A DNA stretch of 56,552 bases, filler included, from Sluysia triapertura (Eukaryota), in assembly GCA_046118255.1 (NCBI GenBank). It is 4 parts of 4 records of this genome, joined end to end, with 100 filler letters (N's around TTAATTAATTAA, not from the genome) between each part and the next. Parts side by side here need not be neighbours in the genome. Positions count along the whole stretch, not along the records: positions 24,608 to 43,340 come from JBJNIA010121972.1; 3 more parts are not named here. One strand, written 5' to 3'. Of this stretch, positions 26,438 to 38,615 are shown one piece after another. A program made the translations under genes and the position numbers. The notes under the pieces are model-generated. The model made no database searches. It was not told the origin of the DNA and worked only from the letters and a program-made list of their open reading frames with translations. The first letter of the stretch is position 1. Each line of letters starts with the position of its first letter.

Positions 26438-28009
26438 CTTTATAATTTAAACGATTTAACTGTGTAATTGTTTAATCAACAGTAGTTAAATAGTTAACAA
26501 ATTACATACATACTAGATAGACTACAGAGAAAGAACGATCATGTGGCTAAAGAACTGATAAAAACAAAATTTTAAAATGAGGAGAAATGCAAATTAACCG
26601 TTATCAAAAAGCACAAATATGTACACGGTATGTACGATATTAATTTTAATATATTATAAAGTATTAAAAATTTAAAATTGATTATGAATATTAATATCAA
26701 AAATCTAATTAATTATACAATTAATTTCATTAAACAATTTTATTTGGCTATATAAAAAATTGATATAATATACCTTTAGTAAACTGTGATATAGATAAAT
26801 ATAATATATAACATAGTTGTCTATAATAAATCAAATTCTATTCAAGTTTGGTGAGAATATATTGATTAATAGGTATCACCTGTAATATAGTATGACCAAT
26901 TATACATAATCTTTATGGTCGTAATAGATATGCTATAGAAAAATATCAATGCTAAATCTGCACAAGTTATTGAATGTATATTTAGCTTATTTTGGTCAAA
27001 CATATTTGGTACATTTAGTCAATTATGCGAAGAGATTTGGTGAACTAAGTTTGAAAAAATTTTGAAATGTAGTCTATATTTGTTACTGAATTTAAAATAA
27101 TTATCGAAGACTTGAATTTATAAAATTTCAAAAAAGCCTGTAGAGGTAAATTTTTTCTATTATTATAATGTGTATAAGTTGTTCTGAAACTTCCACATTT
27201 TATATTGCAACCAATTTTGTTTATTTAGGATCGTAATTAAATTATGTTTTTGTAGCATATACAATTTATTCAATTAACCTTATATTTACTTTTGATATAG
27301 TTAAGCTTTATTGTTCTCCATCATAATGATAGATAGAATCCCGACTTTTAATCAATTTAGTATTAAGATTTGTTTGTAAAATTATGAATTTGTACCAAAA
27401 CTATTCAAACTATTTAAGAAATAAATTTAAGATACAAGATATGTGTAAATAATAATAAAATAAAACTTTAATGCTTATTCTTCATTTTAAAATAATGTTC
27501 ATTTTTTATTAAACTCATTTTTAATAAAATAATTGTTAAAATATAATATTTAAACATTCATTTTAATAAGATAATGGTCAAAAGATTATTAAGATTATAA
27601 TGCTTTAGTATTAATTAAAATGAGATTACATATAGTTAATATAAATTTAAAATTTAAATTGAAAATGTAGAAATAATCATTTTAAAGTGACATTCTATAA
27701 ATATAATTTGAAATTAAAATACATAAACATTAAACCTTATTATTATAGCCAATAAATCATCTTAAATTAATAATCAATAACAGCTATATGAAATCAAATT
27801 TTAGAACATAAAATCCGATCAAAATTATCTTAAAAACATGATTTAGAATATATAAGACAAATTATGTATCAGAATTTAAAAGGATTTTATCGAATAAAAT
27901 TACATTAAATTGAAATTAAATAGAAATAGTATGTAACATTATTTTCTAGAAATAATTCTTAATATTTTCTGAACTGTTATAATTTTATATGTAAATTATA
28001 TAATTTTAT

Positions 28010-28190
28010 TTTTATTTGACTGAGCTATTATAATATTTTAATCTATATAATTCGAACTATTATAATTCAAAAGTATTACAAGTTTTGTATCATATCAATT
28101 TCAATTTGTCTGAATTATTATATTTTAATCTGTATAATTTGAACTATTATAATTGAAATGTATTAAAAATTTTGTAAATTATATAATTCG
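28010..28190. repeat. ~88-bp tandem duplication
   Basis: TATTTTAATCT.TATAATT.GAACTATTATAATT.AAA.GTATTA occurs twice. Confidence 0.75.
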
Positions 28191-28417
28191 ATTACGTGAA
28201 ATGTAGTGTAAAAAGGAAGTAGCACAAAAATATCGGGACAATCGCTAAACTACCGATCGAGAAATTATTCTTTCATGAACGTTTTAATGATCAATCTGAA
28301 GGCAAGAAGGCTCAAAAATAAGAATAAAATAGAAATTAAAATTTTATTTATAAATTATAAGTTAAAAAAATAGATTTTGTAATAAGAACTATTTTTATTT
28401 ATAATCTATTTAATAAA

Positions 28418-28610
28418 TGTGGTGGCCCAGCCTACACCTACCTATATATCACATCAATAATATTCATCGACACAAACCTCATTACAAAAAATTACATAAT
28501 AAGTCTCATCTACATCACTTACAACATTACAACACTCATCCTTATAAAATCTCAGATGCCTATAAAATCCTTTTTGCTGTCATTTTTAGATCAAAATAAA
28601 ACACAACTCA
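28418..28610 (+). mobile_element. Short LTR-like, C/A-rich segment starting TGTGGTGGCC
   Basis: Same terminal decamer as 30018, 49868(-) and 50468. G-poor strand with AATAAA near a CA end. No TSD or PBS seen. Confidence 0.4.
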
Positions 28611-28919
28611 TTGTCATCTTGCCATTTTTTATCTGTGTATTACAATCTTATTTTATATTTTTTCGTATTTTATAATTTTTTAAATTTCTTTCTGGCAAAA
28701 ATTAATGCAACAAATATCAAGGAAAAGTCTAAGGCTATCGGCATTACTACAAAAATCAATTGCATGGCCTTGGATTTAAAACAGAAGATTCATATGAATA
28801 CACTAGTTTTACTAACTCACATTTTAAAGATAGTTATTATCATTCACCTAATAAAGTTGTATATACGCAGACAAATAATGACGATTCCTTAAGTGAAAAG
28901 TTAATACATAATTTGACAT

Positions 28920-29185
28920 TAATAGAATCATTACGCAATATAAATGACAGTTCATGTATTGAAGAACGAAATGAACGTAGAAAATGCAAACTTGGCTAGA
29001 AGAGATGTTCTTTTTACAGGAAAAGAAATTATCGTTCGGTTATCAAGCCATACAAATGAAACTGGAGCCCAAGCTGTTGCCAGAACATTTCCTGAGTATG
29101 CCACGACGACTGTAACAGTTCAAGCAACATTTAGGAATTTGAAGGATCTTGTGACAATTGCAGGTATAAATGATTTACAAAATAC
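28920..29185 (+). pseudogene. DDAH: Dimethylarginine dimethylaminohydrolase (DDAH) pseudogene fragment
   Basis: ENANLARRDVLFTGKEIIVRLSSHTNETGAQAVARTFPEY...NLKDLVTIAG versus DDAH [40 protein letters not shown]...HLKSxxSMAG. Key residues are altered (GG to RR, catalytic His to Asn) and the fragment is truncated. Confidence 0.85.
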
Positions 29186-30770
29186 GACTGGCATGACACA
29201 CTAGATGTGATATTACAAATAATGTTTTTTAACCCTAAGAATACCATTGGGTCCACTTGGCCCAGTATTATTTTATAAAACGATTTTTTACTGTAATATA
29301 TTTTTAATTTGATATTTGTTGACTTATTTGTAAAGCACAATAATTATTAAATATATGAAAATCGTCGTATGAATTCTATTGGTATTCTGTGGAAAATATT
29401 TTCCTAGGTTTCTTAGGATTAATACCCTATAATATACGGAAACCTAGAAAAATAAGACAATACGTCAAGAAAATATTTGTATTTTGGTGTATTTTTGGAC
29501 CTTGATATGTACTGGATGTATGAATAATAACGTGGGTTGAAAATAATAAAAATATTAAGTTATCCTCAGTTAACTTTTAAATCAATAAAAATATTAGTAT
29601 GAATCAATAATAATTAGTATGAAGCTATATTTTGAATTAAACTTTAAATAAAATTTTCAGTAATCTGTGTATAATTTATAAACATTTTCCATTTACATTA
29701 TATATTTTTTAATAGTTTTATGTTTTAATAAGATTTTAAGATTGTGACTAAATTATTAAAAGATTTAATTTTTTTAAGTCTTTAAGTTTGACATTGTTTT
29801 TGATTAATAGATTTTCTGTTTGATCTGTGATTTATACGTTTTTTTTATCATATTACTTATTTTCTGTGTTTAATAAGTTTGATTGATTTCATCAATAATA
29901 AAGACAACAATAAAAAATATTTTATTAGTTAATTTAATTATTAATTACAGTAATAAAATTAAGAATTAATATATTCACAATAAATTACAGTTATAATTGC
30001 TATAAAGTAACGATCTTTGTGGTGGCCACCCCTTAATATTATCAAAATTTTATAAAAAGAACCCTTAACATTCTAATAGTCACATATCACCTTTTCTGCA
30101 CTCATAGAACAAATTATCTGTCAACGTTAAAATTTATTCACAATCTTGTAACTTACACTCCACATTTACAACCAATACTACGAATTACATCAACAAATCT
30201 ATCAAAAAACATAACTCGACATTCAAAACAATCACATTTGAAATCATCCACCGTACACCTTCGAATCAATTTAACATTTGTCATTACATAATCATCAACA
30301 GAATGCCTATCACTTAAAAACAACAAATAAATAAATCACATAAAACAATACACATTAACCTTTCAAAAAATAATAAGAATTGTATTGCAATCTATCTTTT
30401 CACATTTATCAAACTACACTCTTCTCAATAGGTTCTTTATTCACGATCTTCCAATATTCAAATATTACTCTCAACCAAAAACATAAGTCAATATCTAAAA
30501 GTTCATTCTCATCTTCTACATTTTTCTGCACTATGTAAGAAATATTATCATACCTAGAGACGTTAACCACATATATAAAATTCATTTAAACTAAGCTTTA
30601 CTTAAAAATTTTTAGTTTCAAAATATGTCTAGAAGTTTTATAAGAATTAGAAAGATCGTGTATCGTTGATCGTTTTAGTGTTAATAATAATAACAATATT
30701 GTTATTGTTATTATTATGAAGTTATTTTATTTATTTTATTAACATAAAATCCATTAAAACATTGTTTATA

Positions 30771-30831
30771 CCATCACCAGTGTTGACATTCTTCATTACT
30801 GTCATCTGATTTTTGTCAACACTGATGATGG
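30771..30831 (+). ncRNA. Conserved hairpin 1, copy A
   Basis: CCATCACCAGTGTTGACA / TGTCAACACTGATGATGG, 17 of 18 positions paired. Function unknown. Confidence 0.5.
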
Positions 30832-30881
30832 CTAATCACTCGGTGTAGTTGTGTTATAAATTTTCTACTCATATTACTAGC

Positions 30882-30934
30882 CATCCAACCAGAGTTGATT
30901 TCATAATATTTAAACGAGCAATTTTGGTTGGATG
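30882..30934 (+). ncRNA. Conserved hairpin 2, copy A
   Basis: CATCCAACCAGAGTTG / CAATTTTGGTTGGATG, 16 bp including two G-U pairs. Confidence 0.5.
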
Positions 30935-31020
30935 ACCAATCAACGATCATCTTACTAAAAATTGTTATTTAGTAAAAATTTATCTTTCACAATTAAAGCT
31001 ACATTAACAGCAAAATCTTC

Positions 31021-32595
31021 ATGCTCATTATGTTTATGGATACAATAATTTTATTATCGGATCAACTCCCAAATGACTTTGATAATCAAATGGAAGTGGA
31101 AAATTTAGCTGAATTAATTTTAAATACTGTTAAAAACGTCTATTCTGGTAAAGTGAACGACAATCTATTTTTAGATATTACCAACAAACATATAGTATTA
31201 TTTGTTATGCCCATTTATTCAGAATACTATAAAGTTTACAAATATACGAATCTTAAATTGATACCTATCTCGAGCACATATTCGTCTATTTATTCTGAGA
31301 ATGAATCAGCTGATTCACTTGATGATTACGAGTTTATTTTAATGTCGCCTTTGGCTTTCATTCGAGATGCCATAGAAAATTTTAGAATAAAATCTAACAC
31401 GATTATTGATAGTGGATTTCAATTTGTAACGATTCAAGATCCAGAATATCATAATTCTACCAATACAATAGAATCTATCTCTCTACTAAATATTCTGCAA
31501 GTTCTAGTCACTGTAATCGATCTGGTACTACAAATTTAAAATTATACTCGTTATGTTGCATCACGAAATTAATGGATAATTTGGTTGAAATATCTAATAA
31601 GCAGATTTCAGTCGAAGATAATGAAATTGATTTTATATTCATTCATTTAACTTTGCATGAAGGAACTGATGTATTCAAACTGTCCAATAATCATGAGTTA
31701 CCTTATTATTTTGTAATTAATTTAGTTTATGTTGAAGTAATTCAGATTCAGAAACAAAAGTCAAAGATTGCTAAATTATTTCAAAACAATGATGATTCTC
31801 TTAGTTAAACTTTTACAAAGAATGTTTAAGAATAAGTTGTTTTGATTTTGTAAAAGAAAACCCTTTAATCATGACATTACATGCAGCATGTATAACAAAG
31901 ATATTTAAATCTATTGTCACATTTCAAAAACGTGCAGAGTTATTCATTAACGTTCGTGGCATTCGATATTTAAGAAGACTATCTCCTATGTGTTCAGTAA
32001 ATTACGATCCAGAAATTTGGTTAGAATTATATCATTGGAATATTCATAATAATAATTACTTAACTGAGGCCAAGGTAAAAGACAAAACTAAGGTTGAAAT
32101 TACACACTTAACTCGAGAGTTACTAAAGGTAATTGAGAAATATTTAATTGACAACGTAATTGGATATGAGATCAGTAACAAACACTCCGCAATTGTAAAT
32201 TTTTCTTTTATCCTAAATTTTTTTATTTAGACGATCTTTCTAAAGCAAAGCTGATTGAAATATAAAGGAATACAGTGGCAATTTTTACAATTCTTAGTTT
32301 AATATCAAATAAAAGTTTTGTAAATATTCACTTTTTGTTTATTTATTTAAATAACGCTTCAATAAATAAATTTCTTAATGTACCTAAATGTTTAATCTTT
32401 ACAGAATATGGCTTTGCTAATTTTAATAAAAGTTACATATTATTTACCTTCAGATTTAAAAGACCTTTTTATAGACTGAGAATAACTCAGGCAATTTACG
32501 GACAGACTTATTTAAATCTAGCTAAGATAAATTATGTAAACTTAAATTTATTGTTTTCAAAGTATAACTTAATCCTAACAAATTGGTGTCAATAG
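31021..32595 (+). pseudogene. Decayed intronless orphan ORF (~520 codons) of element A
   Basis: Four consecutive same-strand ORFs (31021, 31572, 31871, 32275) tile the region in shifting frames and end in NWCQ, as does the ORF of element B. Confidence 0.55.
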
Positions 32596-32683
32596 GTTAA
32601 GTAACATTAAGTTCAAACTTTACCTTACTAAATTGTGGCATCATCAACTCACACCACAAAAAATAATGGTAAACATGGCATCA

Positions 32684-33061
32684 TTAGAATATTATTGATT
32701 TAAAAGCAGTGGAATGGCACACATAATGAAACAATTCTCTTGGTATTTGGCCACATTCATGTTCAATTGCTTCACTCAATTCAGCGACTGTTGCAGGTTT
32801 ATTAGTGTATACTTTGTTTTTTAGGTATCCCCATAAGAAAAAAGCTAGCGTTAAGTCTAGTGAACGGAGAGGATATTCAACAAAACTTCTTCGTCCTATG
32901 CACCTGTATGGCAAGAGTTCATCAAGGAAGGACCTAACATCGAGATGGTAATGTGGGGTGCCCATCTTACTGAAAATAAAACTCTTCATCTTCAGAGTCC
33001 ATTTTGATGCTTGGCATAACAATTATTTTTGATGTGAGTATATATTTTGGGACACCCTGTA
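32684..33061 (-). mobile_element. Internally deleted Tc1/mariner-superfamily DNA transposon (TIR plus catalytic C-terminus)
   Basis: TA-CAGGGTGTCCCAAAA TIR at 33061-33045. FYFQ*DG..PHYHLDVR...IGR...PLRSLDLT..FFLWGYLKNKVY matches QQDGAPPH...WPPRSPDLTPLDFFLWGYLK. Confidence 0.9.
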
Positions 33062-33131
33062 TATATACATTTTGTTTAGTATTATTCAGAACTAATTTCA
33101 TATAATATTTTTCAATCAATTAAATGAATTT

Positions 33132-34538
33132 ATGAATGATGAACAAATTTTAATATTTACTCCATCATCAAATTCACCAATAACCATTATTTCTCATTTA
33201 TTATTAAAACAGTTGATCAAATGCTTAATTAAACCATTTTATTATCACATCAAACCAATTCCAACATCTTCTATTAGTTTAGTCGAATGTTCTGCTGAAT
33301 ATATCGTTAACGTTGAATATTTAATTGTTCATTATCAATTTCAAAAAGTTATGAAGAATCGTTTAGTGCAATTTTGTAAATGTATTAGTGATATATTAAT
33401 AGAACAACCAAAATTAATTTGTGAATTTATGGTACAACCACCAATTGTTAATACTAATAATAATCAACAAAGTATTAATCAAGTATCAGAAGTTGTTGAT
33501 GTTTCACTTTGTAAAATATTCAAAACATTTTTTAAACGTTGGCTTTATATTTTAATAAATGATATTATTGATTCTGCTATGTTTGAGAAAAGAAAAAGCA
33601 AACCAGAAAAACATCACTTAAACTTGCAAAAAACTTCATACAACTTAAAAGATGCTCAATATACATCTGATGAATCAACTTTAATCGAATTTAGACAAAC
33701 AACATCAGAGAGTTCATGTTACAAAAGTTCCACTAAAAAACGAACTAAATCTAATGGTGATACAAAATCTATACGAATTCAAAAAGATCCAGTTCAATTA
33801 AATCGTTTTATAAGAGCTAGTAAATGGATTAACGGTATAAATAACAAAAAGGGTGTTTATTCATCTACCAATAAACTTTCTTCATGTTCATCGTCATCAA
33901 AATTTGCTAAGACTAGTAAACAACGATTTTTATTGAAGAAACTATCTGTTTTAGATAATTCCAATGTTATGAATAGTAAAACTAAAGATTTATCTGCAAT
34001 AAACCTGAAAACAAAGTTCATTGACAAATCAAAACGATATACTATTAAAAAAGTTAGTAAATCAACAATGAAACAAGATAACTGTAAATGTAATTATAAA
34101 AATTCTAAAAGTAACACCAAAATGAAGTTTATTAAAAAAGAAAATAGTTATCTTGGTTTAGAAATGATAGAATTAGCAAAGGAATTAAATATGAAAAGTG
34201 TTATTTATAAAGAAACAGGTGATGCAACAAATAGTTCGAATATGTTACAATGTTCAGAAAGCAATAATTCAAAACATAAATTATTGCTAAATGAAATTAA
34301 GCAACGCTTAAATGTTGGAATTAATATATCAAATACTTTAAGTAATAATATAAAACCGATTAAGAAACAAATAAACGAATCAGTTGCAAAGGAAGTATGT
34401 AATGTACCAAAAGTCACATCTACATGTGACGAAAGCTTTAAAACTGCAATGTCATTTAACAATTATCTAGATGATATTCATGAATTGACTAATGCAATAC
34501 ATTTATTAGCTTGTCAAAAAGTGGAAATGTATAAATAA
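33132..34538 (+). CDS. Hypothetical protein, 468 aa (hydrophobic N-terminal part, Lys/Ser-rich C-terminal part)
   Basis: An uninterrupted 1.4-kb ORF in very AT-rich DNA, with AATAAA signals at and after the stop. No family recognised. Confidence 0.6.
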   Translation: MNDEQILIFTPSSNSPITIISHLLLKQLIKCLIKPFYYHIKPIPTSSISLVECSAEYIVNVEYLIVHYQFQKVMKNRLVQFCKCISDILIEQPKLICEFMVQPPIVNTNNNQQSINQVSEVVDVSLCKIFKTFFKRWLYILINDIIDSAMFEKRKSKPEKHHLNLQKTSYNLKDAQYTSDESTLIEFRQTTSESSCYKSSTKKRTKSNGDTKSIRIQKDPVQLNRFIRASKWINGINNKKGVYSSTNKLSSCSSSSKFAKTSKQRFLLKKLSVLDNSNVMNSKTKDLSAINLKTKFIDKSKRYTIKKVSKSTMKQDNCKCNYKNSKSNTKMKFIKKENSYLGLEMIELAKELNMKSVIYKETGDATNSSNMLQCSESNNSKHKLLLNEIKQRLNVGINISNTLSNNIKPIKKQINESVAKEVCNVPKVTSTCDESFKTAMSFNNYLDDIHELTNAIHLLACQKVEMYK

Positions 34539-35409
34539 ACTATTTTGAATATAATCATGACATTATTATATATACAATTTGAATATATAATAACTTTATT
34601 TTGATGTTTGCTTTTTTTATATTAAATAAAATTATAATTTTTCTAACATAATGTTTATTAATCGAAACAACTTCCATATTAAATAATGATTTATTTCATT
34701 TTTGCGGAAATGTTGAAATTTGATTTATAATTTATTTACAAAGTAAACAATAACAGATAATTGTTCTTCATGTGATAAAAATGAGTAGAAAAAGTACAAA
34801 TTCTCAAAGCAAAATGATTAAATTTTCAAATTTATGAATTTCAATTTTATTAATTACTCAATATTACCGAAACAAAATTAATTTAATGAAAACCAGTTAT
34901 ATTATATAAGTCGAAAACAAAATCTTTATTCTAGTATGATTAATGTGAATAAACAATTGAATTAGTATTATTTCACCTCCATTAATCCACCTTTATATTC
35001 TCGCACAGGAAACCATCGCTTCGAAATTGATTTTGATCTAAATTGTGTAAATATTCATTTACTAAAAAGTGATATTGCTATTTTATTGTTTTGCAAAAAA
35101 ATTTACTTATTTCAGTACAATTAAAATTTTATTGTCCAAAATTAATTGTTTTCAATAAGTTTGAATATTTTTGAAACATTTAAAAATTTTAAATTGAAAT
35201 AAATTGAAATTGTTCTCTTAATTAAAAAAGATAAATTTTAATGATAAATTTAATAATATTATATTTTGAAAATTTAGAAGCACTATTGATATTTTCTAAT
35301 TGCATTTATTGTTATGAATAGAAATATGAAAAAGATGGAGTCTCTTATTCGTTTAAAATTTAACAATTATTGCCAATACGTAATAATCAAGTGACTCGTG
35401 ACACAGTGA

Positions 35410-35624
35410 TAACAAGCTAGGTGATAGGTTGTACACTGTTTATGTCTCAAAAATATACAACCAGTTACAACAGAATGTCAAATTGCTGGAAGATTATGAA
35501 ATATTTAAGAAAAAAGCAAAGTTCTTCCTGTTTCAGAAATATCATGGTGAATGATTTACCTTAAGCGCTTTTGAGTACTTTCGCAGTAGATATGAGTGCA
35601 ATATAAATAGATATTATTATTTTT
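35410..35624 (+). mobile_element. L2-clade LINE 3' end with characteristic tail
   Basis: LGDRLYTVYVSKIYNQLQQNVKLLEDYEIFKKKAKFFLF* (compare GDRAFSxxAPxLWNSLP...FKxxLKTxLF). It is followed by AAGCGCTTTTGAG...GAGTGCAATATAAAT...TATTATTAT, resembling the L2 tail. Confidence 0.8.
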
Positions 35625-37779
35625 ATTCTTTGTCAATATATAAAATTATAATTTGAGTATCATAAAAATTGTGTATCTTATTCCTAATGAATTTTCGCAG
35701 CAACGTGACATTGTATTTATTCTGCTTCTTTAGGCAAATTTAATCGAATCTTGATTTTCTTATTTGGGTTTTTGTGTCTTAAATATTCGTTTTTCATTAA
35801 AATCATTTTTTAAAAACTATTCTCTTGTATTTGTTGTACTAATATCAAAATTTCAATTAATAAATAAAATAATATTTATTATAATTTAAATAATAAAAAA
35901 TTAGTCATGACACCTCTATTATTTATTAAATATTTTACATTTTAGACGTAACGCCTTGAAATAAAAAATAATTCACAATTTGAGTGTAACAACTTTTAAA
36001 AAAATTTAATGTGTAACACTCATAAAATAAATGCTTAAGTGTAGTACACTCAGTTTGTTTCAACACAAAAATTTTATAAAAAATTTATTAATTGTTTTTG
36101 ACATTAAATTAATTGTCATTATTCGGTGAAATACACGTGTTGGATACAGCTCAGAATTACAATAATTCTTTGTAGATTCTTTGTGGAAGTTCCATCTGGA
36201 AGTTCTTATATCATATAAGAATTAAAATCAAAATTTTAAATTTTATTTCCGCCAGAATAATTCTAATCTTAAAATCATCATAAACTTTCATAGATAAATT
36301 AAATAGGTAAATTAATTTAATTTAAATAGATAAGAAATAAAGCGTCGATTACAAGCGGACCCGTATAATACAATTATATTTGCTAAGTCAAGCGAATACT
36401 AGCATATTTTTAAATGCATTTTATAATCGCTATTGTTGATCAGACTACGAGTTGATTATCTTTATTTTTATTCTGGTTTCGTTGTAATTGTTGCTATATC
36501 TCTGATATTTTTCGTCTTTCTATTAATGTACTCATTATTCGAATATTTACTAGTTTTCGCATTTCTTTTTCTTGTTCATTTCTTAGCCTAAAGTGCCCAG
36601 ATAGTAATATTGACTATTATATCTGTAGTCTCCACATTTCTTACTCTAATATCAATCTCGATAATTTTCTGATACATTATCATAATTGATATAATATTTT
36701 TGTTGCAGATTGCGAATTTAAAATCTAGGAAACTCCTAGCTGTAAAATTATGATAGCTATCATTAAGTTACTCATTAAATGTTGTTACTTATAATTGTAT
36801 CCTAAAACTTTATTTTTCGTGCGGTTTATAATTCCAGGGTCTCTATTTATTACTCGGTTGATATTTTTTCACATATTTCATTTAACTATGTTTATAATCA
36901 TAATTGTTTTGAGTTAATTATGATATATTATATTGATGATTATTGGTGCATTTATTTTATAATTTATATTTTTATCTAAATGTAGAAATTTAGAACGTTG
37001 ACTATACCTTTGAGTATTACTTGTTTCCGCAAGAAGGTTTATTATTAATTTGTTTTTCCAATTCTCTATCTTTTTCCAATGTAATTTTGTATCATTCAAT
37101 ACATATCCATATTGTTATTGATTTTTTCAAGAAAACTTTATTTGTTTTTTTCCCAAATTCCTTTTTTCATTCTTAACTGGTTACCTTTCTTCGTTTTGTC
37201 GCTTTGCTACAAATTTCTAATATCTTCAGTGGCTACACTCAAACCTGCTTTTATGCGATTTTTTATTACTGTTTCTAAAAATAGTTTTGAAACAATGTTA
37301 AAATAATGCACAAAAGAAATCGCACAAATAAAAATTTGCATTAAAAGGACAGCATAAAAACAGGTTTGAGTGTATATTATTTCAATTTTTCTCAATAATA
37401 TTAAAAATGAAGTTCATTCAAGCCAATTCATAATATTTTGCAATAAATATGTGATATTTGTTCCTTCATCTCCAAATTTCTCGAAGGTTAAATTTTGATT
37501 GGGAACGAGCAATTCATTGCAGATCTTAATTCCTGCATTTGTATTTCCGTTCACAATGATTACTTTCTCTATCTATCTAATTTATTCTCCTTTTTTGGTT
37601 TGAGCCAATTAAAATTTCCGTGTAATTTATATTGTTCAGTATGGTATTTCATTTAAATTTTGTGTTTTTTAATTTACTAAACTAAATGTATAAGCTAAAT
37701 AAACATACAAATATTTATTTAAGTAAATATCTTAATATATTAATAAAAATATGCATTTTTGATGGATTGGTTGTGTTAG

Positions 37780-38045
37780 ATTGTCATCACAACTCTTTAA
37801 AATCACAAAAAATATATTAAAATTATTTAAAAATCAATTAAAATGCTTTGTAAATCTTTAAATTCATTTAAAAAATAATTATTTTCCAAAAAAGAAGATA
37901 AAATTTCTTAAAAAGAAAATTAGCTTCTAAAAATAGAACAAAGCCTCTAGACTTCTCTAGAACATTCCATCGATTTTCATTGGCTGATGATTAGTATATA
38001 AACTAGCATCAGTATAATGAAAATCGCCATTTTTGATCCTGCACT
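37780..38045 (-). repeat. CCAAT/TATA-core dispersed repeat, copy 2 (inverted relative to 6240-6480)
   Basis: TCTAGAACATTCCATCGATT..CATTGGCTGAT.A.TAGTATA.AAACTAGCATCAGT is the reverse complement of copy 1. Confidence 0.75.
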
Positions 38046-38161
38046 ATTTTGAGATTTAGCTTGTGAACAATCTTCGAATTATATACAAATTCCATGTTTA
38101 GAGTAATTTATTTTTGCTAGAACTTTTCTTAACTTAAGAAGAGAATAAAAGATTAATTAGA

Positions 38162-38470
38162 GTGAGCCCACCAACGTACTAGACTTACCGGTTAGGGCTA
38201 GCCGTTGGATTTTAGAAACACTTATGTGTAAGAAATCAGATACAAAGGTTGTAATCGAATTAATGCCATTAAGGATTCTCTTTCTTATAATAATTTATCA
38301 AGAAATTAATATTATAATTTTGCGGAAAATCCGTGAAAGAATCAAAATAGTATGTTACAAAGAATCTATTAAAAAGATTCAGAAAATAGTTATTTTATGT
38401 GACTTAAAGTTTACGTGGAATTCATTAAAAGAATTCCGAAATAATATTAGTGTTAATTTTCTTTTATGTT
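38162..38470 (+). repeat. Dispersed repeat with 55-nt hairpin head, copy 3
   Basis: GTGAGCCCACCAACGTACTAGACTTACCGGTTAGGGCTAGCCGTTGGATTT. Confidence 0.7.
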
Positions 38471-38615
38471 AAAATTTTAAATCAAACAATTTTATTAACA
38501 ACACGAAAGTGTATTAGAATAAATATAATGATACTTAAAAAATATGGCAATTAACTTTTAAAATGGTTATTATTAATTCAGTTGTACCTATAATATTGAT
38601 TGTATCTGTATAATT

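Larger units (their letters stand above)
30018..32658 (+). mobile_element. Unclassified element, copy A (TGTGGTG...CACCACA ends; leader, palindrome, two hairpins, orphan ORF)
   Basis: The leader is homologous to 50468 onward (AAAAAACATAAC...CAATCACATTT...CACC.TCGAAT) and the palindrome and hairpins are shared. The right end is tentative and no TSD is seen. Confidence 0.55.

Noticed and set aside
30822-30890. Hammerhead ribozyme (CTGATGA followed by a TGGCTA/TAGCCA stem)
   Set aside because: There is no GAAA after the stem and the pairing is not kept in copy B. Other CTGANGA sites checked also lack the core.
30882-30934. Integron attC site (ATCCAAC...GTTGGAT fits RYYYAAC/GTTRRRY)
   Set aside because: Copy B has CCAAT/ATTGG, which breaks the invariant AAC/GTT. 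No tyrosine recombinase is present and the DNA is eukaryotic.
32584-32592. TGGTGTCA (also at ~53247) as a tRNA-Leu primer-binding site
   Set aside because: Only 8 nt match, it is not preceded by an LTR CA end, and it is equally explained by conserved NWCQ codons.
36300-37600. Minus-strand A-rich coding-like region, perhaps a decayed retroelement ORF
   Set aside because: No RT or endonuclease motif could be recovered by eye.
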